The position numbers and the translations under genes were made by a program. Source: a virus (Duplodnaviria > Caudoviricetes). Taken from it: a DNA stretch of 64,000 nucleotides. The DNA lies in the IMG/VR virus record IMGVR_UViG_3300042282_000085. One strand, written 5' to 3'. This document shows, one piece after another, positions 49,823-60,463 of this stretch. Below the pieces are notes generated by a model. It was not told the DNA's origin and did no database searches. It was given only the letters and a program-made list of their open reading frames with translations. How positions within the stretch are numbered: position 1 is the stretch's first letter; each line of letters starts with the position of its first letter.

Positions 49823-51427
49823 TTATCGCATGGAGATCATTTCCTGCAGGTGTTCCAGTTCCCGACGGAACTTAGGATCCACGACCACCCCATCATGAGG
49901 GTCAAGCTGCAAGAAATGGTTGATGGATTCACGAGCCGAGGGTGCCGACTTCGTGATGAAGAGATACGTGTTAACCGTACACTGACTGGCATGTAGTGCG
50001 AACGTGGGGGAGGACATTTCCGCCGACTTCTTGGGTCGACCCATACGGTTATTCGAAGCCTTAGCTTGAGGTACGATCGTTTTCGTTACTGAGAAGGGCA
50101 AACAATCGGTTGCACTTTCCAGTGTCGTAACCTCCCCATGTCCATTGATATGCTGTATGACGTTGGTTTTGAATAACTGATCGAAGGTTCGCTCAATGTT
50201 CTCAAGCTTCAGTCGATCGCCTGTTAACTTCACCAGCTCAAACAACAGAATTGAGATTGAGAACACCACGTCGTACATCAGGAACCGTACGGTCTCCAGC
50301 TGTTTATTATGGATATCCGCAGGGTCACAATGCATCGTGCGTTCAGTGAATGTTTTAATGATGTGCGCGAAGACATCATAGATATCCCGACAGGGTACCC
50401 CTTCATGGGTGAGTTTACGGCGGACCAGATCATCGAGGTAGGAGTCCACAGAGTCAATATGGGCCTCCATCTCCTCCATAGCCTTGCGCTCAGACGACAC
50501 CTCCGCTTTGATAAAGCGGGGCAAGAGGCGTCGCCAGAGCATGGGATTGTCCACTTGTGATGGCTCTACCATATCGGGCTCATGGTCGATGATGTAAAAG
50601 ATACCACCAATCGCCGGTGCAATGTCAGCGGTCCACTTATCGCGGGGCACTGCAATGCGTAGTTCGGATGGCGTATACTGCACGTACCCCTTTGCATTGG
50701 GACGAATGCCCCGTGACTTACAAATGACCCACTCCTCTGGAGAATAGGTCTCTACGTTAATCTCATCGTACCCGACACGGACTTCCGCATCGAAGTAACG
50801 TTGCAATCCCTCCGTCAGACCAAACTTACAGAGAATGTAGTGGATCAAGAGGCTGTGGCGGTTACGTACCGCATCACCTTTGCCCTTGCCTTTGATGTTG
50901 AAGATACTGGAGTATACGGTATCCACGGATACCGACTCCCCATCCGCCTGAAAGCGCACTGGTACACGTTGGAACGTAAGCTTAGAACGGGTTACCGGCA
51001 TGTAGATTCGATCGGGTTCAATACTGAAGATGTTGTCCGCCAATACTGGTGAGACCACAAAACTAGATCCACGTACCCGAACAAGCCCACCCCGGCGAAT
51101 GTACGGGAGTTGTAGGAAACGCGGTTTCAGTTTCTGCCCTTCAAATTCAAACTCATACATGCAATGGTACAAGTCCGAATATGCAATCTCATGCTGTCGC
51201 TTACCTCGCTTTAAACGCGTCAGCTCCCGTAACTGTTCCTCTGGAGTCGCCGGACGGTATCCACAGTAGCGCAGTCCAGGTGGGAAGGATGCGCTGGCAC
51301 AGTGTAGCACCTCGTCCACATACCGCTCAATTCGATCAGACTGTTTGAAGGCCAATCCTTCGCATAAATCCGGATTAAGCCTAGGCTGACTATCCATGCA
51401 ACGCTTGAGCAATTTACCACCGATCAC
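49823..51427 (-). CDS. Non-virion RNA polymerase beta-like subunit (phiKZ gp123-like)
   Basis: SFPPGLRY.GY..TPEE, LPY..RGG..RGS..SPVLAD, HY.LCKFGL; position two genes downstream of the capsid gene. Confidence 0.8.
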   Translation of the reverse strand: MIGGKLLKRCMDSQPRLNPDLCEGLAFKQSDRIERYVDEVLHCASASFPPGLRYCGYRPATPEEQLRELTRLKRGKRQHEIAYSDLYHCMYEFEFEGQKLKPRFLQLPYIRRGGLVRVRGSSFVVSPVLADNIFSIEPDRIYMPVTRSKLTFQRVPVRFQADGESVSVDTVYSSIFNIKGKGKGDAVRNRHSLLIHYILCKFGLTEGLQRYFDAEVRVGYDEINVETYSPEEWVICKSRGIRPNAKGYVQYTPSELRIAVPRDKWTADIAPAIGGIFYIIDHEPDMVEPSQVDNPMLWRRLLPRFIKAEVSSERKAMEEMEAHIDSVDSYLDDLVRRKLTHEGVPCRDIYDVFAHIIKTFTERTMHCDPADIHNKQLETVRFLMYDVVFSISILLFELVKLTGDRLKLENIERTFDQLFKTNVIQHINGHGEVTTLESATDCLPFSVTKTIVPQAKASNNRMGRPKKSAEMSSPTFALHASQCTVNTYLFITKSAPSARESINHFLQLDPHDGVVVDPKFRRELEHLQEMISMR

Positions 51428-51480
51428 ATCACGCTCCTTATTTTGATTTTAGCCTAGATCATATCACCTGTACGTGTTAA

Positions 51481-52479
51481 TTAACAAACAGCGGCCACGC
51501 ACCACCGCATAAAGTCAACAACCGCAACCACCCCCTTCATAATGTACGTAAAGAATGTACTCCTGTCTTTCATCTTCTCTCGATGGCGTTTATCGCTCTC
51601 CTCCTCAAATTTACGAAACCTTTCCTTATAGGCCTTTCGCTCCTTCTCAAACTCCTGCTCCTTTTCTCGATAGGCTTCCGCCTTTGCATCCTCCTTTACT
51701 TTCTTATCGTGTTTATCCCGCTCCTCTGTAAAGGCTCGACGCATAGCTTCTAGCTCCGCGCGTTCGGGGTCCCGATTATCCTCCATCGCATCGAACCGAT
51801 TTCGATATAACCGTATACCGTATTTACCACCCCCCTCTGTAAGCTCCTCTACACTATGTAGGTGCTGTTCTAGCTTACCGGTTACACTGTCACGCAGTGT
51901 GATTAAAACGCCCTCCTGTGCAGGCGTAGGGTCTCGTGTAGGCTTTATTACGTAAACAATCCCTCCTAGCTTAACAAACAGATTGGGCCAGACCCTACGG
52001 GGGTCCAGTACTTCCACCATAATGCCCAGTGTATGGCGCTCGTCCATGCGTACCCGCATCTCTTGTGAGAAGCGCGGATGTTTAACCTGATCCACATCCG
52101 TGGACAGTGCAATGAACAAACCCAGACACTCATCGTAAATGCCACCATCCGACTCAGCTAACAGCTCGTAACTGTAAGCATGGCGAATATGAAAGCCATA
52201 GACGATGCCGCCATTACGGTGCTGCATGCTATCGATATCCTCATACGGGATACCGCACTCTACTAATCGACTATGATCTGCCTCCGTGTATTCCTCTACA
52301 ATCGTAAACCGGCCACGGGTGGGGTCATTGAGAGCGGCTCTTTCTGGCTCGACATACTCAATGGTTCCATTGCCGTCAACAATAACAATCGTTATGCCGG
52401 TACGGTTGATATATTTTCGACGATAGGTTGGGGTTGTCCCGACCTCAGTAAATCCGCTTCGTGCTCTTCTCTCAATCAT
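51481..52479 (-). CDS. Conserved phiKZ-like protein (gp122-like) with charged coiled coil and hydrophobic C-terminus
   Basis: Synteny; composition. Confidence 0.6.
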   Translation of the reverse strand: MIERRARSGFTEVGTTPTYRRKYINRTGITIVIVDGNGTIEYVEPERAALNDPTRGRFTIVEEYTEADHSRLVECGIPYEDIDSMQHRNGGIVYGFHIRHAYSYELLAESDGGIYDECLGLFIALSTDVDQVKHPRFSQEMRVRMDERHTLGIMVEVLDPRRVWPNLFVKLGGIVYVIKPTRDPTPAQEGVLITLRDSVTGKLEQHLHSVEELTEGGGKYGIRLYRNRFDAMEDNRDPERAELEAMRRAFTEERDKHDKKVKEDAKAEAYREKEQEFEKERKAYKERFRKFEEESDKRHREKMKDRSTFFTYIMKGVVAVVDFMRWCVAAVC

Positions 52480-52559
52480 GATAAGCCTATTAGTAACAGT
52501 GACTATTCGGGCGATAGAATTGAAGGTGGAGAAGGCATACGGCGGATGTATGCTTAAGG

Positions 52560-52573
52560 GTAATATAGGTTTT
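52560..52573 (-). promoter_or_regulatory. phiKZ-type early promoter for the nvRNAP operon
   Basis: AAAACCTATATTAC. Confidence 0.8.
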
Positions 52574-52830
52574 CAACAAAATTGATACACGACATACTCT
52601 CCCTATACCCCGTAGGGTATAGGGAGAGTATGTAATCGCGTTTAGCGCGGGTCAATTTGAGAAAGAGACCCAGTCAAGGGGAACTTAATCCCTTAGGCAC
52701 ATCCGAGGATGCATTCGTATTGTAAAAGAGCTTGTTGTTGGTTAGCCACTATAACGCATTTACAGAGGGTAATCAACTAACATAGGATAGGGTACAGTTA
52801 GTACCCTATCCCTGAGTTACGTTATCCCGG

Positions 52831-54990
52831 TTACGGTTTAACGTAGAACTCTTCCAGGTTGGTCACATCGATACGGCCCAGGATCGGCAGGGTCGCAGTG
52901 TGCAGCTCACGCGGCTGTACCTGAATTTCCTGTACAGTAGCACCACCCTGGCTGGAGTTGGCCACTTCGTGAACCAGCGCCGGCATGAACAGGTGAGCAC
53001 CGAAGGACAGCGGGTCAACACCACGCTGAGACACACGGCGGAAAGATACGTAAATGCGATCACGCATACGCAGGTCCAGAGACGACACGATGCGGTAGTT
53101 ACGGTTCTCACCGAAGGTACGGCTGTCGCCAGACTTCATCAGCAGACCAGCGATACGCGGGTCAGTACCGACGATGATTTCGTATTCACGATCACCACCA
53201 GTGAACTGCTCCAGTGCCGCCAGGTAACCAGACTCCAGTGCCAGCTTGTCAGCCATGGTGGTAACAGCGTCAACCAGCAGAGCACGCAGGTCATCGTAGC
53301 CTTCACCAGAACGGTTGATGGTTACAACAGACGCAGCGTCCAGAGCACGGGTAGTGTACGTCGGCTTAACGAACAGAGAACCGATCATCGGCGCATTTAC
53401 GGGTACAACACCATCGTTGGCCAGCTGCTTCAGCTGAGCTTCAGCATGCATCAGGGTGGATACAGAGGCGTTGGAAGAGCGAGTACGCAGAGCCTGTACC
53501 AGACCTTCTACAGTAGCGCCACCACCGGCAGACTTGACCGGACGGACAGAGGCCAGCGGAGAACCGATAGTGATCGGGTAGTAGTAACGGTTGGACTGTG
53601 CAGTATCGATCAGGATACCTTTCTGACGCAGGTTCGCGTTCACGCGACGTGCTTTCGGCATGTAGCCAACCAGAGCAACTGTGGTAGCGCCAGCCATAGC
53701 CTGGTACTCAGCACCGCTGGTAGCCATCGGAGTCTTGTCGGTACCGATGTACGCTTTACCTACACCTACGCTGTTCGCGTAGACTTCGATGTTGGCGTAT
53801 TCGTTGTTGGCTACACCGGAGATAGATACCGGCACTTCAATGGTCCAGTCGTCACCTGCAGCTACACCCAGCAGAGTGTGCAGACCCAGGTCAGTGATGG
53901 CTACGCCACCTACGGACTTCATCTTGGCATTCAGGCCCAGTGCGGACTTGAAGGACATAGTCAGGTTGCTGGTGCTACCTTCAGCAGCACGTGTGAAGAG
54001 GGCACCCGGTACACCGGCGGTGTCGATTTCGAAGACGTGCTTCTTAACAGCAGTACCGTCATCAACAGCCACTTCCAGGTAAACAGAACCCAGTGCAACA
54101 TTTGGATCCAGGGCATCGGTCTCATCCTGACCGTCAGAACCGATCAGACCCGGGTGGTTGGAGACGGCCAGCAGGTCAGTTTCCACACCGAATTTCAGCG
54201 GACGGGTAACGATGTCCACACCGTTTACAGACAGTGTCTTGTTGCCGACTACTGCAGCGTCAACCAGGAAAGCATCGTTGTTAGCCGCAGCATCAGCGCG
54301 CGGGTAAACATCAGTAGAAGAACCTTCCAGGATGCTGTGGTCTTCGATAGCACGGATCAGGGACTTCTTCTCGAACTCATACGGCTTACCGTTCACGCCA
54401 CGCTTGGTGCGGTTATAGGCGTATGCGATAGATACGGTCACTTCAGCACCGGACTGAGAAGCGTCGATTACTTCAGTTGGGAAGAAGGCTTCGTCAAATT
54501 CGTTGTTACCTACTGCCAGGGCGTTCACCAGAACAGAGTGGGATACGAACTTGTCGAAAGAATCCTGAGTGAAGGACTCCATGGACGGCAGTGCAGAATC
54601 CACACCCGGTACGAACGTATCAACGGTAGTAGCGCCACCACCGGCTTTACGTGCGGCGATGAAGCTTTCGTGGTAGACTTCCGGATTACCAGCGGCCAGC
54701 AGTGTGATAGCAGCGGCTTCCATGGATACCTGAACGGCATGTTCGTTATCACGGAAATGTTCACGCAGGAGGTTTTCCAGACCGGCATCAGTCAGTGCAC
54801 CCTGCGCCTGACCGAAAGTATCTTCCAGTGCATTCAGAGTGGTTTCATCCAGGGATTCCATGGCCACCAGGTTGTTGGCGGTTTCAGGAGTAATCAGATC
54901 GCCGCGACGTTCGGCCAGAACACCACTGATCGCGGTAACGATGTCGCTAACACGCGCCTGAGCGCTGTTAATCTTACGGAGCTTGGACAT
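52831..54990 (-). CDS. Major capsid protein (phiKZ gp120-like)
   Basis: 719 aa, strong codon bias; propeptide with AME and SME sites (PSMESF); NEFDEAFFPT, N.RQKG.LID, IVGTDP, QPR.LH..LPIL. Confidence 0.9.
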   Translation of the reverse strand: MSKLRKINSAQARVSDIVTAISGVLAERRGDLITPETANNLVAMESLDETTLNALEDTFGQAQGALTDAGLENLLREHFRDNEHAVQVSMEAAAITLLAAGNPEVYHESFIAARKAGGGATTVDTFVPGVDSALPSMESFTQDSFDKFVSHSVLVNALAVGNNEFDEAFFPTEVIDASQSGAEVTVSIAYAYNRTKRGVNGKPYEFEKKSLIRAIEDHSILEGSSTDVYPRADAAANNDAFLVDAAVVGNKTLSVNGVDIVTRPLKFGVETDLLAVSNHPGLIGSDGQDETDALDPNVALGSVYLEVAVDDGTAVKKHVFEIDTAGVPGALFTRAAEGSTSNLTMSFKSALGLNAKMKSVGGVAITDLGLHTLLGVAAGDDWTIEVPVSISGVANNEYANIEVYANSVGVGKAYIGTDKTPMATSGAEYQAMAGATTVALVGYMPKARRVNANLRQKGILIDTAQSNRYYYPITIGSPLASVRPVKSAGGGATVEGLVQALRTRSSNASVSTLMHAEAQLKQLANDGVVPVNAPMIGSLFVKPTYTTRALDAASVVTINRSGEGYDDLRALLVDAVTTMADKLALESGYLAALEQFTGGDREYEIIVGTDPRIAGLLMKSGDSRTFGENRNYRIVSSLDLRMRDRIYVSFRRVSQRGVDPLSFGAHLFMPALVHEVANSSQGGATVQEIQVQPRELHTATLPILGRIDVTNLEEFYVKP

Positions 54991-55010
54991 TGTGTAATCC
55001 TTTTGTAACG

Positions 55011-55502
55011 TTACATGGAATGGACATAGTGTCCATAAAGTTGAGATTTCATTACTGCATTAACCGGCATGATCAGGGCCATCGCGCAGAAAATGTTTTC
55101 CAAAGTATCCCGCCCATGTTCTAGTGACGATGGGTCTGCATACAATAATGCAGTTTTCTCGTCAACCATTTTACAGGCAAGTTTTTCAAGGAACGGATTA
55201 ATGTCAGATACGAGGTCTTCAATCTGTCCGTCCGTGAGGGTTTCACGTAAATGACCGAAAATATCGCTGTTTTCAGATACTACCATTTCCGCCCAGTTGC
55301 ACAGAGCCCCTTTAAGGGGTGAGTGCTCTCGATGACGTTTTTCGAACTGACGGATGAAGTGGTCCGTCTGAAGCACCACAATCGAATAATCGTTGTGGGT
55401 TAGGTGCTTAAAGAAAACGTCCTCATCTGCCACAGATTCCAGTGGCACGTTCTGGGCAGTCAGGGCATTTACGAGTGTCTCGTTTAACACCATAACTTTC
55501 AT
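55011..55502 (-). CDS. Conserved hypothetical protein (gp119-like position)
   Basis: Between dnaB and the capsid gene; AAGGA RBS. Confidence 0.6.
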   Translation of the reverse strand: MKVMVLNETLVNALTAQNVPLESVADEDVFFKHLTHNDYSIVVLQTDHFIRQFEKRHREHSPLKGALCNWAEMVVSENSDIFGHLRETLTDGQIEDLVSDINPFLEKLACKMVDEKTALLYADPSSLEHGRDTLENIFCAMALIMPVNAVMKSQLYGHYVHSM

Positions 55503-55582
55503 ACGTTTATCCTTGTGGGTGTTAATGTTCGCCATACGATCAGGCTTAATAATGAGGTAAGTTTGGATTATAATCATCGGTC

Positions 55583-57178
55583 ATGATGGTATACGACGAA
55601 GACGATTGTGATAAAGGAAACGCGACAATGTCAGGAAACCCCTATCTAACCCTTATACGATGTGTAACAGCACTTTACCTTGCTAACCGTACGCCCGGTA
55701 GCTGGGAGGAACTCTACAAGACGATCCAAGCGACCCTGACCCATACAGAGTTACCCACAACCCTGATTGGGGATGAGGGCGATGGGATGGTAGCGATCAA
55801 TTTGCGGACGACCGTAGAGTGGATGTTAGAGGTTAAGTCCACAATAGAGCTTGATCGTAAAGATCTGATTCAGCGTGTACGCCTTAATCTTCGTGACATT
55901 AGTTGCTATGTGCAGGAGTTGGAGAATGCAATTCCTGAGGAGATTGGTGAAGAGATTGCGCGTCGACGTATCCGTGCGATATTGTCAGAGTTAAAGTACG
56001 ATCTCAATCTGGTTAATATCCGTAAGCTGATCTCCAAGGTAAACCATCGCATTAACTATTCGAAAGATGCGGTGGACTACGGTACAACCCTACGGGAATT
56101 TCAAGACTCACTGTCGAAGTATACGACCTCTACAGGGGATGGTGAAAAGACAGGGTTTGTAGGGCGACTCTCTACAGAAGACCTTGGGGATGTAGAAGAT
56201 ACCTTCCATAAGGCCAAGGAAGTCAATTCCACTGAAGGGGTATTGAAGACCGGACTAGTCGGTATGAACCGTGCCTGCGGTGTCGGTGGTTTTAGACGGG
56301 GTGAACTGATTAACTTTGGTGCTTTGACGCATCACTATAAGACCGGCATGCTTAACGATGTGGCACGCAGTGTACCCTTACATAACGTACCGTGGATGTG
56401 GGATGAGAAAAAGAAACCCGCTGTAGTGCGTATCTCCTTTGAGAACAAACTCGAACAGGACTTGCCGATTATCTACCGTTCATTGATTGAGCAGGATACC
56501 GGTGAGCAAATCGACATTACGGAAGTCGACCCAGTCAAAGCCAGTCGATACATTAAAGACCGGTTGGAGTCTAAAGGCTATACCTTCTTTATGGAGTGTT
56601 ATGACCCAAACAACTTCACGGTCTATGACTTGTTGGACGTGATCATGGGGTACGAAGCCAAGGGCTATGAAATTCATATGTTAGTTGTGGACTACTTAGA
56701 ATTGATCGCTCGTGGCAGTGCCGATCGTAAAGATGAGTTGATTAACGAAGTATTTCAGGTCGTTCGTAACCATTGCTTCCCACGGGGCATTACGGTCGCG
56801 ACTGGCCATCAGCTCTCTACAGAAGCACAGCAGATCTGGCGTGAAGGGGCATCGAACTTTACCCAACGTGTATCCAATGGCGGGTACTACCGTAATACCA
56901 AGTCACTGGCGACTAAGTTAGACTTGGAGTTTGTCATGTGTCTGATTCGTAATGGTGAGGATACGTACCTCTCGGTGGCTCGAGGTAAGCACCGTGGCGG
57001 TGAACGTACACCAGCCAAGCACCTAAACTTTGCGTATAAGTTTGAGAAGGTCGGCGGTTTGGTAGATGACGTTGACCTTGACACGCCGAAGGTGATCTAC
57101 GATCTCAATGCAGTATTGAACAATAATAGCGATAATGCTGGTTTTATGGATATGGGGAGTAACGATGATGCGTGGTGA
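55583..57178 (+). CDS. dnaB: DnaB-like replicative helicase (phiKZ gp118-like)
   Basis: GGFRRGE..GALTHHYKTG, ISFEN, VVDYLE, HQLS, RGKHRG; likely start at 55628. Confidence 0.85.
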   Translation: MMVYDEDDCDKGNATMSGNPYLTLIRCVTALYLANRTPGSWEELYKTIQATLTHTELPTTLIGDEGDGMVAINLRTTVEWMLEVKSTIELDRKDLIQRVRLNLRDISCYVQELENAIPEEIGEEIARRRIRAILSELKYDLNLVNIRKLISKVNHRINYSKDAVDYGTTLREFQDSLSKYTTSTGDGEKTGFVGRLSTEDLGDVEDTFHKAKEVNSTEGVLKTGLVGMNRACGVGGFRRGELINFGALTHHYKTGMLNDVARSVPLHNVPWMWDEKKKPAVVRISFENKLEQDLPIIYRSLIEQDTGEQIDITEVDPVKASRYIKDRLESKGYTFFMECYDPNNFTVYDLLDVIMGYEAKGYEIHMLVVDYLELIARGSADRKDELINEVFQVVRNHCFPRGITVATGHQLSTEAQQIWREGASNFTQRVSNGGYYRNTKSLATKLDLEFVMCLIRNGEDTYLSVARGKHRGGERTPAKHLNFAYKFEKVGGLVDDVDLDTPKVIYDLNAVLNNNSDNAGFMDMGSNDDAW

Positions 57179-57518
57179 GGTACGGTTTAACGGGCGAGCT
57201 GATCGCTTACAGAACTTTGTAGTGAAGGCCTTCTTCCCTCGCACGGGCGGTGTACGCAAGATTGCACTGGATGCGTGCTACGGTGTGGAGGTGTTGCAAG
57301 GTGACTCTGGTGAGATCACTGTGGTGTTAGTAGATGAATCCGGCAATGTAGCCGCAGAGCGTACCATACCCCCATTCGACAGTACACCAAAGGCCAATAA
57401 AGAATGTACAGAAATCATTGTTGAAAATGGGTACGGCAATACGGTTCATCGCTGGGTACACGGTGGTGGTCGGGGAAATCGACCCCCTAACGTCGAGGCG
57501 CAATCGCTACGGAGATAA
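57165..57518 (+). CDS. Hypothetical protein
   Basis: Overlaps the dnaB stop; GGAG RBS. Confidence 0.6.
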   Translation: MMRGEVRFNGRADRLQNFVVKAFFPRTGGVRKIALDACYGVEVLQGDSGEITVVLVDESGNVAAERTIPPFDSTPKANKECTEIIVENGYGNTVHRWVHGGGRGNRPPNVEAQSLRR

Positions 57519-57568
57519 AAAAAAAAATAAGGTACACTCCTACCCCAATGGGGTAGGAGTGTATTCCT

Positions 57569-58012
57569 TTAGTGCTTCAGGTACAAGGCTTTCGCCTGTG
57601 CACCTGCGTTTGCTTTCCAGGTGAACACACTGGTCATCATCGCCATCACAAAGATGACAATCAGTGCAGTGGGAGTATCACCGCCGGCCCATACCTGGTA
57701 CGCAACGGCACCCAGTGCTATACCGCACGCCAGGTCTGTAGCCTTAGTAACAAGGGCTACAGCACGGTCACTACCCTTGGCAAGAACAGCAATATTTATC
57801 TGTGTAGCTACCAGGTAAACTGCCAGGAAACCAGTGTAGGCTAAGGTGTCACCCCCTTCAGCCCATACGGCGATGGCGCCGTAGAAAGCGCAGGCGCCAA
57901 CCACCATCGCCATGATGGCGTTGAACCTGAACTTTTTCCACGCCATTACGTGAGTACCGGTAACGGCAACCATCGCAAAACATACTAACAGGTTAAGGGT
58001 TGTAATATTCAT
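57569..58012 (-). CDS. Multi-pass membrane protein
   Basis: Four to five hydrophobic helices; AGGAGG RBS. Confidence 0.75.
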   Translation of the reverse strand: MNITTLNLLVCFAMVAVTGTHVMAWKKFRFNAIMAMVVGACAFYGAIAVWAEGGDTLAYTGFLAVYLVATQINIAVLAKGSDRAVALVTKATDLACGIALGAVAYQVWAGGDTPTALIVIFVMAMMTSVFTWKANAGAQAKALYLKH

Positions 58013-58051
58013 TTGTGTTCCCTCCTTAGGGATTGGGTATAATGGGGCGAG

Positions 58052-58624
58052 TTAGTTCTTTATGGTAACGAACTTATATCCATGGTTAACCAACAGGTCT
58101 CCCTCTAGGTTATATAGTTCCAGATTTTTCTCTAGGTAGGTACCACGGGCTTTATTCAGGAACTTGATTGCGCTGTCTATCGTGTAATCGGCGTGTTTCT
58201 CCGCAAGCTTATTCATCCAAAAGGATTGACCGCTATATGGTAGCTTCACGATAACATCCTGCCGCTCAATCCAGATCCATCCGCCAGCGTAGTAAACCTT
58301 ACCGTTGGCCCCTACGACATAACGGTAGCGCTCCCCAGCATCAACCACCTCGCCAAACTCTTCAATTTGCTCTGGGCTGTCAATATATTTTGCTGAGGTT
58401 GGGCGGTTATACTTGCAAAAGTATTCAGCCACATCACGACCATCATCGCTCTTCCAACTTTCCCACCAGACCTCACGACAGGCAGGGCGGTTATCCAGTA
58501 CCATGCCAAAGGTTCTTGAATTATCAGTGGGGTAGAGCGAGTTTTTTACATACTCTACTGCATCAAATGCATTGGCTGAAACCGACAGGGTCAGGGTAGC
58601 TAAAAACAGAATAATCTTTTTCAT
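58052..58624 (-). CDS. Secreted/periplasmic early protein
   Basis: Sec signal MKKIILFLATLTLSVSANA; first gene after the early promoter. Confidence 0.75.
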   Translation of the reverse strand: MKKIILFLATLTLSVSANAFDAVEYVKNSLYPTDNSRTFGMVLDNRPACREVWWESWKSDDGRDVAEYFCKYNRPTSAKYIDSPEQIEEFGEVVDAGERYRYVVGANGKVYYAGGWIWIERQDVIVKLPYSGQSFWMNKLAEKHADYTIDSAIKFLNKARGTYLEKNLELYNLEGDLLVNHGYKFVTIKN

Positions 58625-58656
58625 GATTTACTCTCCATTAAGGTCATATCCTTACT

Positions 58657-58669
58657 GTAATATAGGGTT
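58657..58669 (-). promoter_or_regulatory. phiKZ-type early promoter
   Basis: AACCCTATATTAC. Confidence 0.75.
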
Positions 58670-58711
58670 ATAAAAAGACTGAATCCCTCCCCGTAATGGG
58701 GAGGGATTCAA

Positions 58712-59074
58712 TTATAGCAATACTAAGTACCCTATCAGTGTGCCGACTGACAATCCAAAGGTCAACTTATCTAGCCCATCTACATTCGCTAAGGGTTTCA
58801 TGTAGAAGGTACAGATACCCTTCTCGGGATAGCCAGGTGCTACCTGACGTATGGTGATCAGGAGCAAACGCTTAGCCAAGGGATCCTTTTCTTGACAGTA
58901 CGCTTTTTCTAATTGAGACAGCCGATCAATGCGACGATCGATAGAGCGGTACATGTCCCCTACGTCATAACCATCTCGCAATGGGTGAGGAGGTGACTTA
59001 ATTCCTGCGCAACCACTCGCGAGGAATAGGCCAACGAGGGCCAGTGAAAACAGCATGCACTTTATACACCGCAT
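58712..59074 (-). CDS. Lipoprotein (paralog of 29811-30176)
   Basis: Lipobox ASG-C; shared DGY..GD, YC and YP..GICT motifs. Confidence 0.7.
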   Translation of the reverse strand: MRCIKCMLFSLALVGLFLASGCAGIKSPPHPLRDGYDVGDMYRSIDRRIDRLSQLEKAYCQEKDPLAKRLLLITIRQVAPGYPEKGICTFYMKPLANVDGLDKLTFGLSVGTLIGYLVLL

Positions 59075-59075
59075 C

Positions 59076-60452
59076 TTACTCTCCCTCGGACAAGTCCCTT
59101 CGTATTAGGTTAATGATGAGTCGGGTGCGGGATATAAAGTTAACATCCGTAAGTGCCCCTGTCTTAGTCGCTGTAATGGACTCTGCCCCTATCAATGTCC
59201 CTACCAGTGACTCGATGCGTTCCTCCCCCTTAAATAGGAACTTAACCTGCATGCCTGGATACAGAAGCTCAGGGGCAGATCGGTCCCATTCCACAACCAC
59301 GGGCGTGCCCATAGACTCAGATAAGGGTGTGGTGTGTTTGAAGGGGTTATCCGTGAAATGCACCGGGGTATGACGGACATTCACTTTCTTATCCGGACGC
59401 TCTTCTAGAATAAAGCCGGCTACCTTCTCAGCCTTATTAAAGGTGGTTTTGTTCTGGGAGGTTACGACAAACTTATCGAGTAGATCTGACGCCCGCGACA
59501 TCCGTAGCCCTGTACCCTTGTTTAGCTGAACGTGCTCCGTGCGGTCAAAGAACGCGGTGTCACCCGTTGAGAAAACGTAGAGTTGTCCCGACCGATGGAG
59601 GAAGGTACGTTCCATGACGGGAATCTCGGTAACCGGCACATTCAGTATCGTTAGGGTTTTCTCCCGTTGGGTAAAGAGGGTATAATTAAGCAAGGGATAG
59701 AAGAAGCACCACCCACGCACAATGTGCCACCCCAACCCTGAGGCATAGACCCCATAGTCCTCCTGCAACTGTTTAGGAAGCTCATAGAGGCGAGTGCCAT
59801 TGGGTATCACGATATGGTCGTAAACCCTAGCATTGTCCGGTGGCATGATGTCCACCCCCCGGATACCGGTGTATTTCTCATCCTTGAGTGTCTCGGGGTT
59901 CTCATCGGGACCCAGCTTATAACTCAACAATGTACGCAGAAGCTTCTCAATAGTGACATTACGAAAGATTCCACCGACTTCTTCTAACCTAAGATCAGCA
60001 ACCACAGGCTCGATAAGCTGAAAGGTAATCTCAACCTGGTTAGAGGCCTGTACAACGGTGCCCTTCTTATCTTCATCGTTGCCCAGTGTCGCCATGATGG
60101 CAGGATCCACAGGGTCTGTCAGGTAGGCATTGAATAGCTGCACGTAGCGTTTGACTTCTGTGTTCACAATCCCATCGGGGGACTGCTGGGCTTTGGTGAG
60201 TTCAAACTGGACATCGTTCTTGTACTTAACGATATGACGGTACACGACGGGATCCACCTTAATGGTAAGGTAGGTGTCACCGTAGTAGCGCTCGCCGTAT
60301 AGATGCTTAGTGGCATGTTTAACGATGTTAGTGTACTTGGTACGCTGCCCCTTAACCAGCAGTGAACCTCCCAGTCGCCAGTGAACCACACGGCCAGGAG
60401 TCTTCATGAGTGTGAGCAGCTCTTTATAGGTAGTAGACTCCCGTACCGACAT
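59076..60452 (-). CDS. Putative baseplate hub protein (phiKZ gp101-like)
   Basis: DN..YDHIVIP.G, YGVY..GLG, W..S.PELLYPGM.V; synteny. Confidence 0.55.
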   Translation of the reverse strand: MSVRESTTYKELLTLMKTPGRVVHWRLGGSLLVKGQRTKYTNIVKHATKHLYGERYYGDTYLTIKVDPVVYRHIVKYKNDVQFELTKAQQSPDGIVNTEVKRYVQLFNAYLTDPVDPAIMATLGNDEDKKGTVVQASNQVEITFQLIEPVVADLRLEEVGGIFRNVTIEKLLRTLLSYKLGPDENPETLKDEKYTGIRGVDIMPPDNARVYDHIVIPNGTRLYELPKQLQEDYGVYASGLGWHIVRGWCFFYPLLNYTLFTQREKTLTILNVPVTEIPVMERTFLHRSGQLYVFSTGDTAFFDRTEHVQLNKGTGLRMSRASDLLDKFVVTSQNKTTFNKAEKVAGFILEERPDKKVNVRHTPVHFTDNPFKHTTPLSESMGTPVVVEWDRSAPELLYPGMQVKFLFKGEERIESLVGTLIGAESITATKTGALTDVNFISRTRLIINLIRRDLSEGE

Positions 60453-60463
60453 TACATTACTCC

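Noticed and set aside
52900-55008. 702-aa antisense ORF opposite the major capsid gene
   Set aside because: It mirrors the capsid frame. The strong codon bias of a highly expressed gene removes antisense stops, and the protein has no recognisable motifs.
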